This document shows, in pieces, positions 46,906 to 57,227 of a stretch of 64,000 nucleotides of DNA. Numbering within the stretch: position 1 is the stretch's first letter; every line of letters starts with the position of its first letter. This DNA is from a virus. The notes under the pieces were generated by a model. The model had not been told where the DNA came from. It made no database searches and worked only from the letters and a program-made list of their open reading frames with translations. Both the position numbers and the translations under genes were made by a program. The DNA lies in the IMG/VR virus record IMGVR_UViG_3300050821_002279, positions 1 to 64,000 of that record. One strand, 5' to 3'.

Positions 46906-47906
46906 TTAAAATCTTTGCCACAACCCTAAACACCTTTGCCGGGAATAATCCCTATGGCGTCCATCCTGTTTGCCATTATGCTCTGGATACCCTCGTTTAT
47001 TATTGTCCAGAACAGTTTGAAAAGACATCGAGTTTGGCTGAATGTGACGCTGTTCTCACAAACGCCCCCGCCGCCCCGCCCTACTCCTTCGATTGGGTCA
47101 CGGCAGATTCGGTAATCGCGCTCAAAAAGCCAATCTTCATCTTGAACGATGCTGATGGCGCAATGCCTGACTGCGAGGGGCAAACACCAGACAAGGTGCG
47201 AAACTTCCAAAACTTCGTTCGCGGCGGAAACGGGATACGAGCTTACTTCTACCGCGAGTGGTTTGAAGGCTACGAACGCCCCGATCTCCCATTCCCGCTC
47301 CTGCCATTTGAACTCGTCGGTTATCTTTGGACGGCCCACCCCAAGGACCGCCAGGATTATCACACCAATGAAACGCTGGAGAACTTCAAATCGCGACAAT
47401 GGGACATCCTTTTCGCGCAATCCTTAAACTGCCAAGCCAGGATTGCTCTCCACAATGCCCTTCTTCGACTCCCAAGGACGGCTGTGCGCAATCTTTATAG
47501 CACTGGGAAGCTTCCAGCCGCGCAACACCTCTCAGACCAAGGCACGGCGCGAATAACGACCGCGATTGAAGGCTCAGGGATTAAATGCTGCTCAACCCAC
47601 GAAGCCTCGCTAAACTCCGTGATGGCGATGGGCGATATCGCGATGCATTGGACTTACCCCTGGATTGACGGCGAAAACTGCATACGGCTCGTTTACGAAA
47701 AGAACAAGGGGGAAGGCTCGCTGGTTCACAACTTTGGAAGGGGACTGCCTGACGTGGACAAATCGATCTTGAAGCTCCAAGCGCATTTGGATGCACCGGA
47801 AAGGCTGTACAACATCATGCAGGCCGGAATGGAGACGGCAAGGAAGTATTCGCTGCCGGAATATTACAAGAATCATCTTGGGGCAAACATCATCAAGTAT
47901 TTATGA
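46902..47906 (+). CDS. GT-B-like glycosyltransferase (paralogue 1)
   Basis: YFYRE, DILF, GSGIKC...EA, YPWIDGENCI, LYNIMQAG C-terminal GT-B-type pattern. Confidence 0.55.
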   Translation: MIKIFATTLNTFAGNNPYGVHPVCHYALDTLVYYCPEQFEKTSSLAECDAVLTNAPAAPPYSFDWVTADSVIALKKPIFILNDADGAMPDCEGQTPDKVRNFQNFVRGGNGIRAYFYREWFEGYERPDLPFPLLPFELVGYLWTAHPKDRQDYHTNETLENFKSRQWDILFAQSLNCQARIALHNALLRLPRTAVRNLYSTGKLPAAQHLSDQGTARITTAIEGSGIKCCSTHEASLNSVMAMGDIAMHWTYPWIDGENCIRLVYEKNKGEGSLVHNFGRGLPDVDKSILKLQAHLDAPERLYNIMQAGMETARKYSLPEYYKNHLGANIIKYL

Positions 47907-48129
47907 AAGCACACCTTCACGTCCACGACGGAGACGCGCAGCTTGAAATCATCGCGGAAACGGAGTTCGAGAAACGCGCTTTGGCAATGTGTCACGAAAA
48001 CTTCCCGATTCAATCGTTGCGGATCGTAATTGACGAGGGTGGCTATTTAGGACAAGCGCCAAGGACAGCTTGTGCCCTGATTGACTTCGAGCCAAAGCCG
48101 CAACCATTTAAAAGCGTGTCATTAAACCC

Positions 48130-48864
48130 ATGAACCTTACGCCCGAACTCCAAGCCTTCGTCGATCTCTGGCGCAACGAAGACGCGTACAATAACGACTT
48201 TCACGCCCGCTGCACGAAGATGGTCGATGAATCCAAGCTTCTCAAGGAGCACCGCGACTGGATCGAAGCGAATCAATTCGGTTTCGGCGACAGAGCCTTT
48301 CACTGTATTTGGCTGGCTCTCATGGCCCAAATGCCCCCGGACTTTTCCTTCCTCGAAATCGGCGTCTTCAAAGGGCAGGTCTTGAGCCTCGTCGGGCTCA
48401 TCGCAAAGACGATGGAAAAGAAGGCGCACATCTACGGCGTGACAACCTTAACGAATACTGAGGACGTTCGATGCCGGTATCCTGCTGGCGATTACAAGGG
48501 ATGGATAAATCAGATTCACGAACATTTTCAAGTGCAGAAACCGATCCTGATTGTCGGAAAATCGAGCAATCCAACGGTTGTTGAGCAATGCACCGGATTT
48601 GCGCCGTATGATTTGGTGTACGTGGACGGGTCTCACGACTATCCAGATGTCGTGTTCGACATTAAGACCTATGCGCCGATGACGAAGGCGGGCGGGTTTT
48701 TGGTGATGGACGATGCCAGCATCAACCGTCTCAACGTGGGAAGTTGCTGGAGTGGCCTCGAAGATGTCGCGCAGGCCGTTAAGGATCATTTGGACAATGA
48801 TCCGAGGTTCAAGTTTCTCCTAGCATGCGGCCACCTCAACCTGTTCCAGAGAGTTAAGGATTAA
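48130..48864 (+). CDS. Methyltransf_24-type SAM methyltransferase
   Basis: FLEIGVFKG...DLVYVDGSHDY..V..D.......GGFLVMDD. Confidence 0.85.
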   Translation: MNLTPELQAFVDLWRNEDAYNNDFHARCTKMVDESKLLKEHRDWIEANQFGFGDRAFHCIWLALMAQMPPDFSFLEIGVFKGQVLSLVGLIAKTMEKKAHIYGVTTLTNTEDVRCRYPAGDYKGWINQIHEHFQVQKPILIVGKSSNPTVVEQCTGFAPYDLVYVDGSHDYPDVVFDIKTYAPMTKAGGFLVMDDASINRLNVGSCWSGLEDVAQAVKDHLDNDPRFKFLLACGHLNLFQRVKD

Positions 48865-48921
48865 CCATGCCAATCCGTTACAAAGCTGAGCATTTCGAGT
48901 GGCTTATATAAAGAAGCACGC

Positions 48922-49644
48922 ATGACGACTCCTGTTGTAACTATTTCTAGCAGGACTCCAGATCGGATTAAAGAGCCCTATTACCACCTTGATGCTTTCA
49001 TTGAGAGCGCCAAGAGGCAAGGAATATCGCCTGTGTTTTTACCGGGTAAATATTTCGGCTTGATGAGTAAGCCACGATTGCTCCTCGACTGGATTCACAC
49101 CAACGGGGCGGCTTTTCAGCATTTGATCTGTTGCGATGCATGGGATGTCGCGCTAATCTGCGGAACCGAAGAAATCATTTACAATTACAAAGGCTTCGGC
49201 TTTCCAATCGTGATGAATGCAGAACGCAACTGTTTCCCTCTTGCTGACCTCGCAGACAAGTTTCCAGAATCTCCAACGCCCTATAAGTACGTTAATAGTG
49301 GCTTCTACGTTGGCGAGACTGCTGCGATCGTCTCCATGCTCGAAACCATGCGCGATACCTACGGCTTTCCAGACGACGTTCATAATCCCGATGGAAGTTG
49401 GACCGCGAGAAACGACCAGGGCGACTACAGCCTTTATTTTTTGGAGCATCAAAACATCATCAAGCTCGACACGACCGCGATCTTGGCCCAAACCCTTCAC
49501 GATGCCGATCCGCAAGAATTTGCCTATTTGCCAGATACTAAGCGCGTGATAAGTCTGCTTACTAAAAATCAACCCTGCGCGATCCACGGCAACGGCTCCG
49601 GCAAATCATGGTTAAAACGAATCATCGGATGGCTTGGACTATGA
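48922..49644 (+). CDS. PLOD/LH3-type glycosyltransferase domain protein
   Basis: DAWDV, AERNCFP, YKYVNSGFYVG, NDQ, IKLD....AQTL, IHGNG. Confidence 0.8.
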   Translation: MTTPVVTISSRTPDRIKEPYYHLDAFIESAKRQGISPVFLPGKYFGLMSKPRLLLDWIHTNGAAFQHLICCDAWDVALICGTEEIIYNYKGFGFPIVMNAERNCFPLADLADKFPESPTPYKYVNSGFYVGETAAIVSMLETMRDTYGFPDDVHNPDGSWTARNDQGDYSLYFLEHQNIIKLDTTAILAQTLHDADPQEFAYLPDTKRVISLLTKNQPCAIHGNGSGKSWLKRIIGWLGL

Positions 49645-49846
49645 GAGTTGTGAACGCATTCATCCTAGTTGTTGGGGTTTGCCTCTGGAGTTTTCTTATT
49701 TGCAAGACTCGCAGGAGACTGAGAATTCAACGCGATTTTGATCGCAATAATGAAGCCTTCTTTCGTGCCGCCCTTAATAGAAACACGACGGCCATGAAAT
49801 CTCACCACGAGCAATGCGAGGCCGCTTTGGAGGAGCTTAAAAAGCT

Positions 49847-50875
49847 GTGAGGGCTTTAATCACCTCCTTCAACCAAAAGCTCGGGCTGAATCCGATGGTC
49901 TCCCGCCTTCTCCACGCAATCCCCGGCTTCGAACCAGCAGGCGTACACGATTGCGATGTTGTGTTCCTGTCCTTTATCGCTCCCGAGCAAGACTTCGTTC
50001 CCGACAAGATGACGCTGGATGCGATCTCGCGGCGGAAGCTGCCGGTGATAATCTTTGACCATTCGGAAACGTTCAAGGAACCATTCATTTTAGGATTTTC
50101 GCCCGTTGAGCCTGGAGGCCAGTACGAGCTTGTTCACTCTATTCTGGCGCGGGAACTGAACACTAAGGCGTATTTTAAACGCGAGATGTCGCCAACTCCA
50201 CCAAGTCCGTTTAATCTAATATTCCCAGTCTATCCCCTCGACTGGACCCTCAACGCCCTTTCGCCAGCCCATGTTGATACCCGCGAGGAGTACAACGCTC
50301 GCCCCATCGACATTTTCTATAGCTGGGGATACTCAAACGAATCCCGTCCCCGCCTCATGGGGGAACTGCTCCGACAAGCTGGAAGATTCTGCGCTCACTT
50401 CTGTTTAACTGAGGAAGATTTGGACGTTGCTTTGAAAGAAGGGCGCGAGCGGATCTTCGCACTGCTCTTTACCCCGCACTTCAGGCGGATTCACTACAGC
50501 AAAATCTTCGAGTGGCAGGGCAAGGCGAAGGTGAGTATTTCGATGTTTGGGGCAGGGAAGAAGTGTTTTCGCTGCGCAGAGGCATCGTATAACGCGGTTA
50601 TGGCGCAACAAGCCCCGGATGAACTTCAGTGGTCTTACCCTTGGGTTGCGGGACGGAACTGTATTCAGCTTCCGACCGGAAGAAGGCTTGATAAGGATTC
50701 GTTTTGGCGCGAAGAGGAAGAAGTCGCCGTTGCATGGCTTTATAGTGGACTCCGCGAAACACAAGGCTCCCTTTACGACATCTACCTCAAAGGCATGGAA
50801 AACAATCAACGGTACCACAATGCGACGTACGCGAGGGATTATCTTGCACCGCGAATCATGGAGGCTTTGAAATGA
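49847..50875 (+). CDS. GT-B-like glycosyltransferase (paralogue 2)
   Basis: Shares YFKRE, DIFY, GAGKKC...EAS.N.VMA, WSYPW..G.NCI.L and LY.I...GME with 46902-47906. Confidence 0.55.
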   Translation: MRALITSFNQKLGLNPMVSRLLHAIPGFEPAGVHDCDVVFLSFIAPEQDFVPDKMTLDAISRRKLPVIIFDHSETFKEPFILGFSPVEPGGQYELVHSILARELNTKAYFKREMSPTPPSPFNLIFPVYPLDWTLNALSPAHVDTREEYNARPIDIFYSWGYSNESRPRLMGELLRQAGRFCAHFCLTEEDLDVALKEGRERIFALLFTPHFRRIHYSKIFEWQGKAKVSISMFGAGKKCFRCAEASYNAVMAQQAPDELQWSYPWVAGRNCIQLPTGRRLDKDSFWREEEEVAVAWLYSGLRETQGSLYDIYLKGMENNQRYHNATYARDYLAPRIMEALK

Positions 50876-52248
50876 GTCGGGAGGTGTCTAAGTCTGAACT
50901 GCTCGTGGAATGTTTAGAGCAGATGAAAATCACCTATCACATGCTTGAAAAACTCGAATCCGGTCATGATTACCAAGCGACGTTTCAGCATTTCAAAATG
51001 GCCGCTTTGACCGCCGCTAAGATAATGAACGAAAACGATGTCAATATCGCTGCGATGATAAAAGACAAATGAACAGTACTTGCTCACCAGAAACACCGTG
51101 GACGTGGCGCGATAAGTTATGCGCCAGAGTCTTCCCATTCACAATCTGCAACATCCCCGAAGCGCCAGCATCGTATCAGGACGTGATTGTTAGCAAATCA
51201 CGCTCAAGTCTTTGCTTTACCGATAGACTTCGTGTGCTGTTTACCGGCAAAGTGGAAGTCGAAACGAGAATCGTAACAGAGAACATGATCGGCTCCCACA
51301 GGACCAACAGCGTAATTCGGTGTGGGAGGTTCTTTGAATGAATGACATCCGAGAGCGCCTTCAGGAGACTGCGGCGATGATTCAAACACGCCTGCCTCCA
51401 AACACCATGTTCGTCTTACTTGCTGGCGATTTTGGCCCAGGGACGCTTGAGTATATCTCGAACGGTCGTCGGGAGGACGTGGTTAAGCTACTGAAAGAGT
51501 TCATAAAAAAGACTGAAGGCGAACGCTGGATGAGGCATTGCGACGAAGGCCCGCAAGCACCAACATGAAATGACCCCCAACCGACTACAAGCCCTCACCA
51601 CGAACCCCGATCTTGAGCTTACTGCCGAGGAAGTCAAAGAAGGCTGGCATTTCTGCTATAGTTACGAGAAGCTCGTTGGCCCTGGAATGCCAGAGTTCAC
51701 GACCTGTCAATGTGGAAATCGGCAACAAAGCGCGGAAGGCGAACCAGTGATACTGCCATGAAACAACCGTTGTGGAATCCCATTATTAACCAAAAGTGCT
51801 ACGTGATCCTCGACGAGCACGGCAACATGATTTGTGAACAACTGGCGGATTCAGAACACTTGGCTTTGAGGCAGGCGAAGGAAGAGCCTTACTCGAAGAA
51901 ATACGCGAGGACTGCGATCTTGAAAACCGAGCACGAACGCACGGAGAAGTTACAGGACAAGTGGATTAAGGCGGCGAAAAAGGCGGAAATGTGAACAGCA
52001 GATCCTTTTTCAAATCGCTCGCCATGCTTACTGCCGGTGCCGCAGTAGCACCCGGGATCTTCATTCCTAAGTTTGAGCCGGTGAAGTGGAAGCTGACTCG
52101 CGGAGGCTTGACCCAAGCTTATCTAGATGAAGTTGCGGCGGAACTCGAACCCAATCCCGCGTGGATCGATGCTGAGCCGATGTATTTCATTGTCCACCCA
52201 GACTTTAAGAAAGCTTACTACGGCGAATGGAAGTTTGAAACAAAATGA
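50872..52248 (+). CDS. run of six small hypothetical ORFs (50872-51072, 51069-51341, 51338-51568, 51570-51761, 51758-51994, 51991-52248)
   Basis: Consecutive overlapping start/stop codons on the same strand. Confidence 0.55.
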
Positions 52249-52607
52249 AGAGACTGCTTAACTTCTTCCGTCCCCAACCGCGCAAGCTGCTTCTCATACG
52301 AAGGCTTTCATCCCGCATCAGCATCGAGGAATGGCGCTCGAACGCGGATCTGGTCACGATGGCCAGAAAGTTTCTCAACGACCCAGATTTTCAAATCATG
52401 ATCGATGCCTTGGAAAACGCCGCGCCACACAACTATATCGCCTTGCGCGAAATGAGCATCGACGCCCGGGCAATGGAGCAATCGAAGTCGGAAGGGTACC
52501 AACTCGCCCTGAACAACCTTTTCGCGCTTGGATCGCCGCAAGTGCCGAAGGTGGACCTTGAAGCTGACTTTTCTCAGCCCGAAGAAGAATTGCCAGAACA
52601 TGCTTGA
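52245..52607 (+). CDS. conserved small protein upstream of scaffold
   Basis: Helical, EGYQLALNNL motif; position typical of the podovirus pre-scaffold gene. Confidence 0.6.
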   Translation: MKRLLNFFRPQPRKLLLIRRLSSRISIEEWRSNADLVTMARKFLNDPDFQIMIDALENAAPHNYIALREMSIDARAMEQSKSEGYQLALNNLFALGSPQVPKVDLEADFSQPEEELPEHA

Positions 52608-52645
52608 AATCCCACAAAGATAAGTGTTAGTTAAATAACTGCTTT

Positions 52646-54061
52646 ATGATATTGAACCACATCCTGCGCAGTCCCGCCGCTGTTGAAGGCACAACTGAAG
52701 CCAAATCCGCCGAAGACCTGCAACTTGGAATGGGCGAATGGGTCGAAGCCCTGCCGAATCTCGAAAACGACGGCCCGATTCAACCGAACGAACCACCACC
52801 GCCACAGCGAAAAAAGGAATCCGATGGCACAACTACTCCGCAACCTACAGGAGATCGAGGCACTGGATTGCCTGGGGCTGCTAAGCCTGCAAGCGAGTCC
52901 GCTGGCCAGCCTGCCGATGCCGCTCAAAAGCAGCGATTGGCCGATGAGTCTGCTAAAGCTGCGGCGGCTGATAAGGCGAAGGCTGAAGCTGAAGCTGCGG
53001 CTGCTAAAGCGGCTGAAGAAGCCAAGAAAGCCGAAGAAGCGGCGAAGAAGGTCGAACCGGGGCAGGAAAAGTGGCCTCGCAACTCAAGCGACTGGGACAA
53101 GTACAAGAAGGTTCACGCCGATAAGGAGGCAAAGCTTCAGGCCGAAATCGACGCCCGGGAAGCGAAGCTCAAGGACATGGAGACCCAGCTTAAAACCGTT
53201 CAAGAAACGGCTGCAAAGGCTGGAGAAGCATCACCGGAAGTCACGTCCAAGCTTCAACGCCTTGAAAAAGAGAACGAAGAGATGTCAAAACGTCTCCAAG
53301 TTCTCGACGTAACGCAGCATCCAAAGTTCCAGGCATACTTCGAAAACAAGGTCGCCGCGCAAAAAGAGCTTGGCAAGCGCATCGTCGGTGCGGAAAAAGG
53401 CCCAGCATTCGAAAAGCTGCTGGCACTCCCCGACTCCGATTACAAAAACCAGCAGATCGAGGAATTCGTTTCCGATCTCCCCATTCTCCAGCAATCACGT
53501 ATAGGGGCTGTCCTGAATGCCTTGGAAGGGATTAACCAAGAGAAGACGGCGGAAATCGCCAAAGCCGGGGAACACCGGACGCAGTTAACCGAGGAGCAGA
53601 AGGTTAAACAGGCGCAGAACGCAGCGGCGAAGGAGCGCGTCATCAACGAGGTTACAGCCCAGATAACTTCTGAAAAGGACGGCATGGCGATATTCCAGAA
53701 ACGCGCTGATGATGTCGCATGGAATCAGGCCGTGGATGAGCGCATTGCCACCGCCAAGAAGCTTTTGAGCGGGCAAGGACTCAAACCCGCCGACATTGTG
53801 AGAGCCGCCTTCCACGCGACGGCGGTACCCGCGATTCTCCAGGCGTACCAAAACGACATGAAGGAGAGCCAGGAAACGATTACTAAGCTCGAAGAGCAGG
53901 TGAAAGCTCTCACAGCGGCTCAACCTGGGGCCGGAAAAGGCGGGACGGGAAGCGCGGCTAATGGGGATACGACTCCGAGAGCGGATCTCAAGGCTGGAAT
54001 GAATCCGATGGAAGCAACGAACGCATGGACGAAGAATTTGCCGGGATGGGGAGAAAGTTAA
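52646..54061 (+). CDS. capsid scaffolding protein (putative)
   Basis: P/A/K/E-rich N-terminus and long coiled coils; upstream of the capsid gene. Confidence 0.7.
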   Translation: MILNHILRSPAAVEGTTEAKSAEDLQLGMGEWVEALPNLENDGPIQPNEPPPPQRKKESDGTTTPQPTGDRGTGLPGAAKPASESAGQPADAAQKQRLADESAKAAAADKAKAEAEAAAAKAAEEAKKAEEAAKKVEPGQEKWPRNSSDWDKYKKVHADKEAKLQAEIDAREAKLKDMETQLKTVQETAAKAGEASPEVTSKLQRLEKENEEMSKRLQVLDVTQHPKFQAYFENKVAAQKELGKRIVGAEKGPAFEKLLALPDSDYKNQQIEEFVSDLPILQQSRIGAVLNALEGINQEKTAEIAKAGEHRTQLTEEQKVKQAQNAAAKERVINEVTAQITSEKDGMAIFQKRADDVAWNQAVDERIATAKKLLSGQGLKPADIVRAAFHATAVPAILQAYQNDMKESQETITKLEEQVKALTAAQPGAGKGGTGSAANGDTTPRADLKAGMNPMEATNAWTKNLPGWGES

Positions 54062-54083
54062 ACAATCAATCATAGGAAAACAC

Positions 54084-54392
54084 ATGCATTACAAGAATGG
54101 TAGGGTAGCGAAAAACGGGGATAAGGTTGTTATCGTTACGACCGGACAAAGCGGCATCCTTTACAACGCGGTCGCCGGAAACGATTACTGCAATGGCAGG
54201 CTGGCGCAGATGAGGAATGATGACCCATGCCCAAATCTCAAGGAATGTCTGCATCTTGACGATGTTGCGGCGGCGGGAGTGCCCGATTCAACGCAAGCGC
54301 AACTTTCAGTTCTGAATACCCAAGGTGAAGCGGCGGCAGTACCGGCAACTACCGAAACAGTCGCCACTGAAGCGCCTCCCGCAGCAACGTAA
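54084..54392 (+). CDS. conserved hypothetical protein
   Basis: MHYKNGRVAKNGDKVV...GNDYCNG...ECLHLDD; AGGA RBS. Confidence 0.7.
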   Translation: MHYKNGRVAKNGDKVVIVTTGQSGILYNAVAGNDYCNGRLAQMRNDDPCPNLKECLHLDDVAAAGVPDSTQAQLSVLNTQGEAAAVPATTETVATEAPPAAT

Positions 54393-54418
54393 TTTCCCAA
54401 GCTCGCCACCGTTCCCAC

Positions 54419-54450
54419 AACTCCCGCTGAAGGACACGGCGGGAGTTTCT
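54419..54450 (+). terminator. intrinsic terminator
   Basis: AACTCCCGC-loop-GCGGGAGTT followed by TCTGTTT. Confidence 0.55.
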
Positions 54451-54591
54451 GTTTGACAAAATTGTTCTACGTGGTACTTTTGGGGCATTCGAGTAATACC
54501 GAATGAATCCAAACCAAAACAATTAGCCCTCGGCAGTGTCCCTTTCCGCACAGGATCGGGAGTATTACCACTGTCGGGGGCGATTGGTTTT

Positions 54592-55254
54592 ATGAACGAC
54601 CTGCCTTATAAAAACGATCTCAATGGTAAAATGTTCGGACAGCTTTACGTCAGGAAATTCGCTGGAAAAGGCGAGGATGGAATGAGCCTTTGGGAATGCC
54701 GATGCTATCGCTGTTTTCGAATCCTTAATGTACGAGCGCAATCGCTGGTTCGTGGTCAGTCTAAAACGTGCGGCTGTTCAAATATCACTCACGGGCTAAC
54801 TCGCGGGCCGGTTGGAACGGAAAAGCCTACCGAATACAAATCGTGGATTCATGCGAAAGGTAGATGTTTCGACCCCGAACATCAGGCATGGAACGATTAT
54901 GGAGGCAGGGGAATTACAATGTGTGCCGGATGGAAACACGATTACGCTCAATTTTACAAAGACCTTGGGCCAAAGCCGGAACGCACATCGTTAGATCGTC
55001 TAGATAACAACGGTCACTACTCCTGCGGCCATTGCGAGGAGTGTCTTTCAAAAGGATGGAAGGCGAATTGTGCTTGGAGGACGCCTAAAGAGCAATGCCG
55101 CAATCGACGCAGCACTACGTTTTACGAGGTCGATGGCAAGCGCCGGTCGCTCGCGGCATGGGCTGATGAGCTAAACGTTGATATTAAAGTTCTTTGGAAG
55201 AGATTGCGGACGCTCAGAATGCCAGCAGCTATCGCGCTTTCTAAAAGGGCTTGA
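54592..55254 (+). CDS. HNH homing endonuclease (YGGRGI type)
   Basis: DLNGKMFGQL.V, WECRC, SKTCGC, YGGRGITMC..W, SLDRLDNNGHY, NCAW...EQ..NRR. Confidence 0.9.
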   Translation: MNDLPYKNDLNGKMFGQLYVRKFAGKGEDGMSLWECRCYRCFRILNVRAQSLVRGQSKTCGCSNITHGLTRGPVGTEKPTEYKSWIHAKGRCFDPEHQAWNDYGGRGITMCAGWKHDYAQFYKDLGPKPERTSLDRLDNNGHYSCGHCEECLSKGWKANCAWRTPKEQCRNRRSTTFYEVDGKRRSLAAWADELNVDIKVLWKRLRTLRMPAAIALSKRA

Positions 55255-55552
55255 CAGGGTTCACAACATAAGATAGTTCTCTTCTCAGATTCGGTGATCG
55301 CATCCCGTGGACGCCAGGGGGCCGAAGCGAGACAAGATCGCGTGTCTGTAAGTTGCCTACGATTGGTTACAAGGCTGGGTGTGGCTAACACCTAACCAAA
55401 GGCAGCAGCAACAGAGCGCAGCATCCTGACAAGGTGCATGCCGCCAAAGTCGCCATCCCAGGCGACAGTCACCCCCCCCGATAAACGCAAGCGGTATGTA
55501 GTGTGCCTGTGTGGGCCACTCGAATCCGTAACAATCTTAAAGACAACAATTT

Positions 55553-57166
55553 ATGGCATGCACAACCCCCTTCGACGTACTACGGGCGAAGGTTGAAGAT
55601 TTGGGACCGATAAACTGATGTCGCCGCATTAGCGTAGCGCAAAAGTGCTTATGCGAGAAAATCTGGAAAATTCGGGGGAACTGCTTTGTGGCAATAGCGC
55701 ACCCAAAGGACAATCCCGAGCCGAGCCGAGTAATACCGGAAGGTGTAACGACTATGCCGCCAATCGAGAGGTTGGTAGCCGCCCCAGAGCCCGATCTACC
55801 GGGCATGATATAGTCTGAACCGGCAGGTAACTGCTGGAGCTTGGCAGAAATGACCAAGCCGCCCCGCAAGAGGTTGTAACACACTTGGTTACTCGTCCGC
55901 GCAAGCTGGAAAGATCCGTGGCTTAACCTCATTCCACGGGATAATTACCCCCAAGGTGCCGGGTACGTCCGTTCGCAGTTCACAATCGGTCGGTCGGAGC
56001 CTGCAACTGATGAGGAAACTTGGAATGCTATCGCGGCGATTGATTCCAATGCTAATCCCAACGGCGCTTGTAACCTGACCTACAATCAGACGTACGTGGG
56101 GCAGGTCGAAGCGCAGTACAAACCCGAGAACTTCGGCCTGATGGGTCCGCTCATCTGCCAAGACGACCTCGTGATGTATTGGAACTCCAAAGCGTTCTGG
56201 GAGCGGTATTTCCAAGCCCTTGAAAAACGCAATCGCAAGTCGATCATCAACCGGATCGGCAATGTGTACCGGCAATACTCCAGCAAAGCGGCGGCAAACG
56301 CGAGCTTTGCGTTCACTGCTGGCGACTTCACTACCCAGCCCGCGCCATCGTCTCCTAACGTGACTTCCCTGCAAGGCGGTAACGTTCCGACTTCCGAGCT
56401 TACCCAGGAAATGCTGGACAGCACGGCGGTCGAACTCGCTGAAGAGGGTGCGGACGAACCCAATTCGAACGGCTGGATCACGCAGGGGCCGGATGGTCCT
56501 GTTTATCCCCTGTATATCGGTCAGACGATGAGCCATCGCTTGCTGCTTAACAACAGCGAGTTGCGCTCTGACTTCAACCAGTCGTTCCAGGGCTGGGGCG
56601 ACACTAACCCGGTGATTAAACGCCTTGGCGCGTCTCGCATCATCAAGAACTTCCGGCACGTCATCAACCGCTTCCCGGCGCGTTGGACGATGCAGCAGGT
56701 TGACCTTACCGGCGCACAGGGACAGGGCGTTGGATTCGTTTACGGTGCCAATGACGGCATCCTGAAGCGTGTTCCGACGTGGCAGATGTCCACAGCGTCC
56801 ATCAACGCGACCAAGGGGCAGGTTGCCATTGTTAACCCCTCGTGGCGCAATCCGGCGCTGGCGCAGTACGAAAGCTGCGAAGTGCTCAATCCTTGGGTAA
56901 TGACTGAGGAAGTCCTGATGCCGATGAACTCGGCTCCCGGGATGAAGCTCAACGCGCAGAACTACTTCGGCGAATGGCACTTCGTTACCGGCAATGATGC
57001 CCTCCTTGGCATCGCAAGCTGCACGGGCGTCCAAGACCCGATGAAGAAGTACGGGCGACATTTCGCGGAATACCGTCATGCACTCCGTCCTATGTTCCCG
57101 TTGTACGGGCGCATGATCATGTTCGTTCGGTGTTCCTCGGCGTTCGATACAGTTACCTGCTCGTAA
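55553..57166 (+). CDS. major capsid protein, spliced: join(55553-55611, 55888-57166), 445 aa
   Basis: Exon 1 MACTTPFDVLRAKVEDLGP(M) joins in frame to LLVRASWKDPWLNLIPR..., continuous with ORF 56096-57166. Follows the scaffold and precedes a strong terminator. Confidence 0.8.
55612..55887 (+). mobile_element. group I self-splicing intron (no ORF) in the capsid gene
   Basis: P1 CGAT/GTCG with a U.G pair at the 5' splice site; core motifs AAATTCGGGGAA, ACAATCCCGAGCCGAG, AAGGTGTAACGACT (P7), GATATAGTCT (P7'); terminal G; removal restores the frame. Confidence 0.9.
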
Positions 57167-57227
57167 TTGACAGGCTTACAACATCTTCGGTTAGCGAATG
57201 ACCGGAGTTTGGTTAGTTGTGTGGTTG

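Noticed and set aside
55889-57079. 396-aa minus-strand ORF
   Set aside because: Antisense shadow of the capsid gene with no recognisable motifs.
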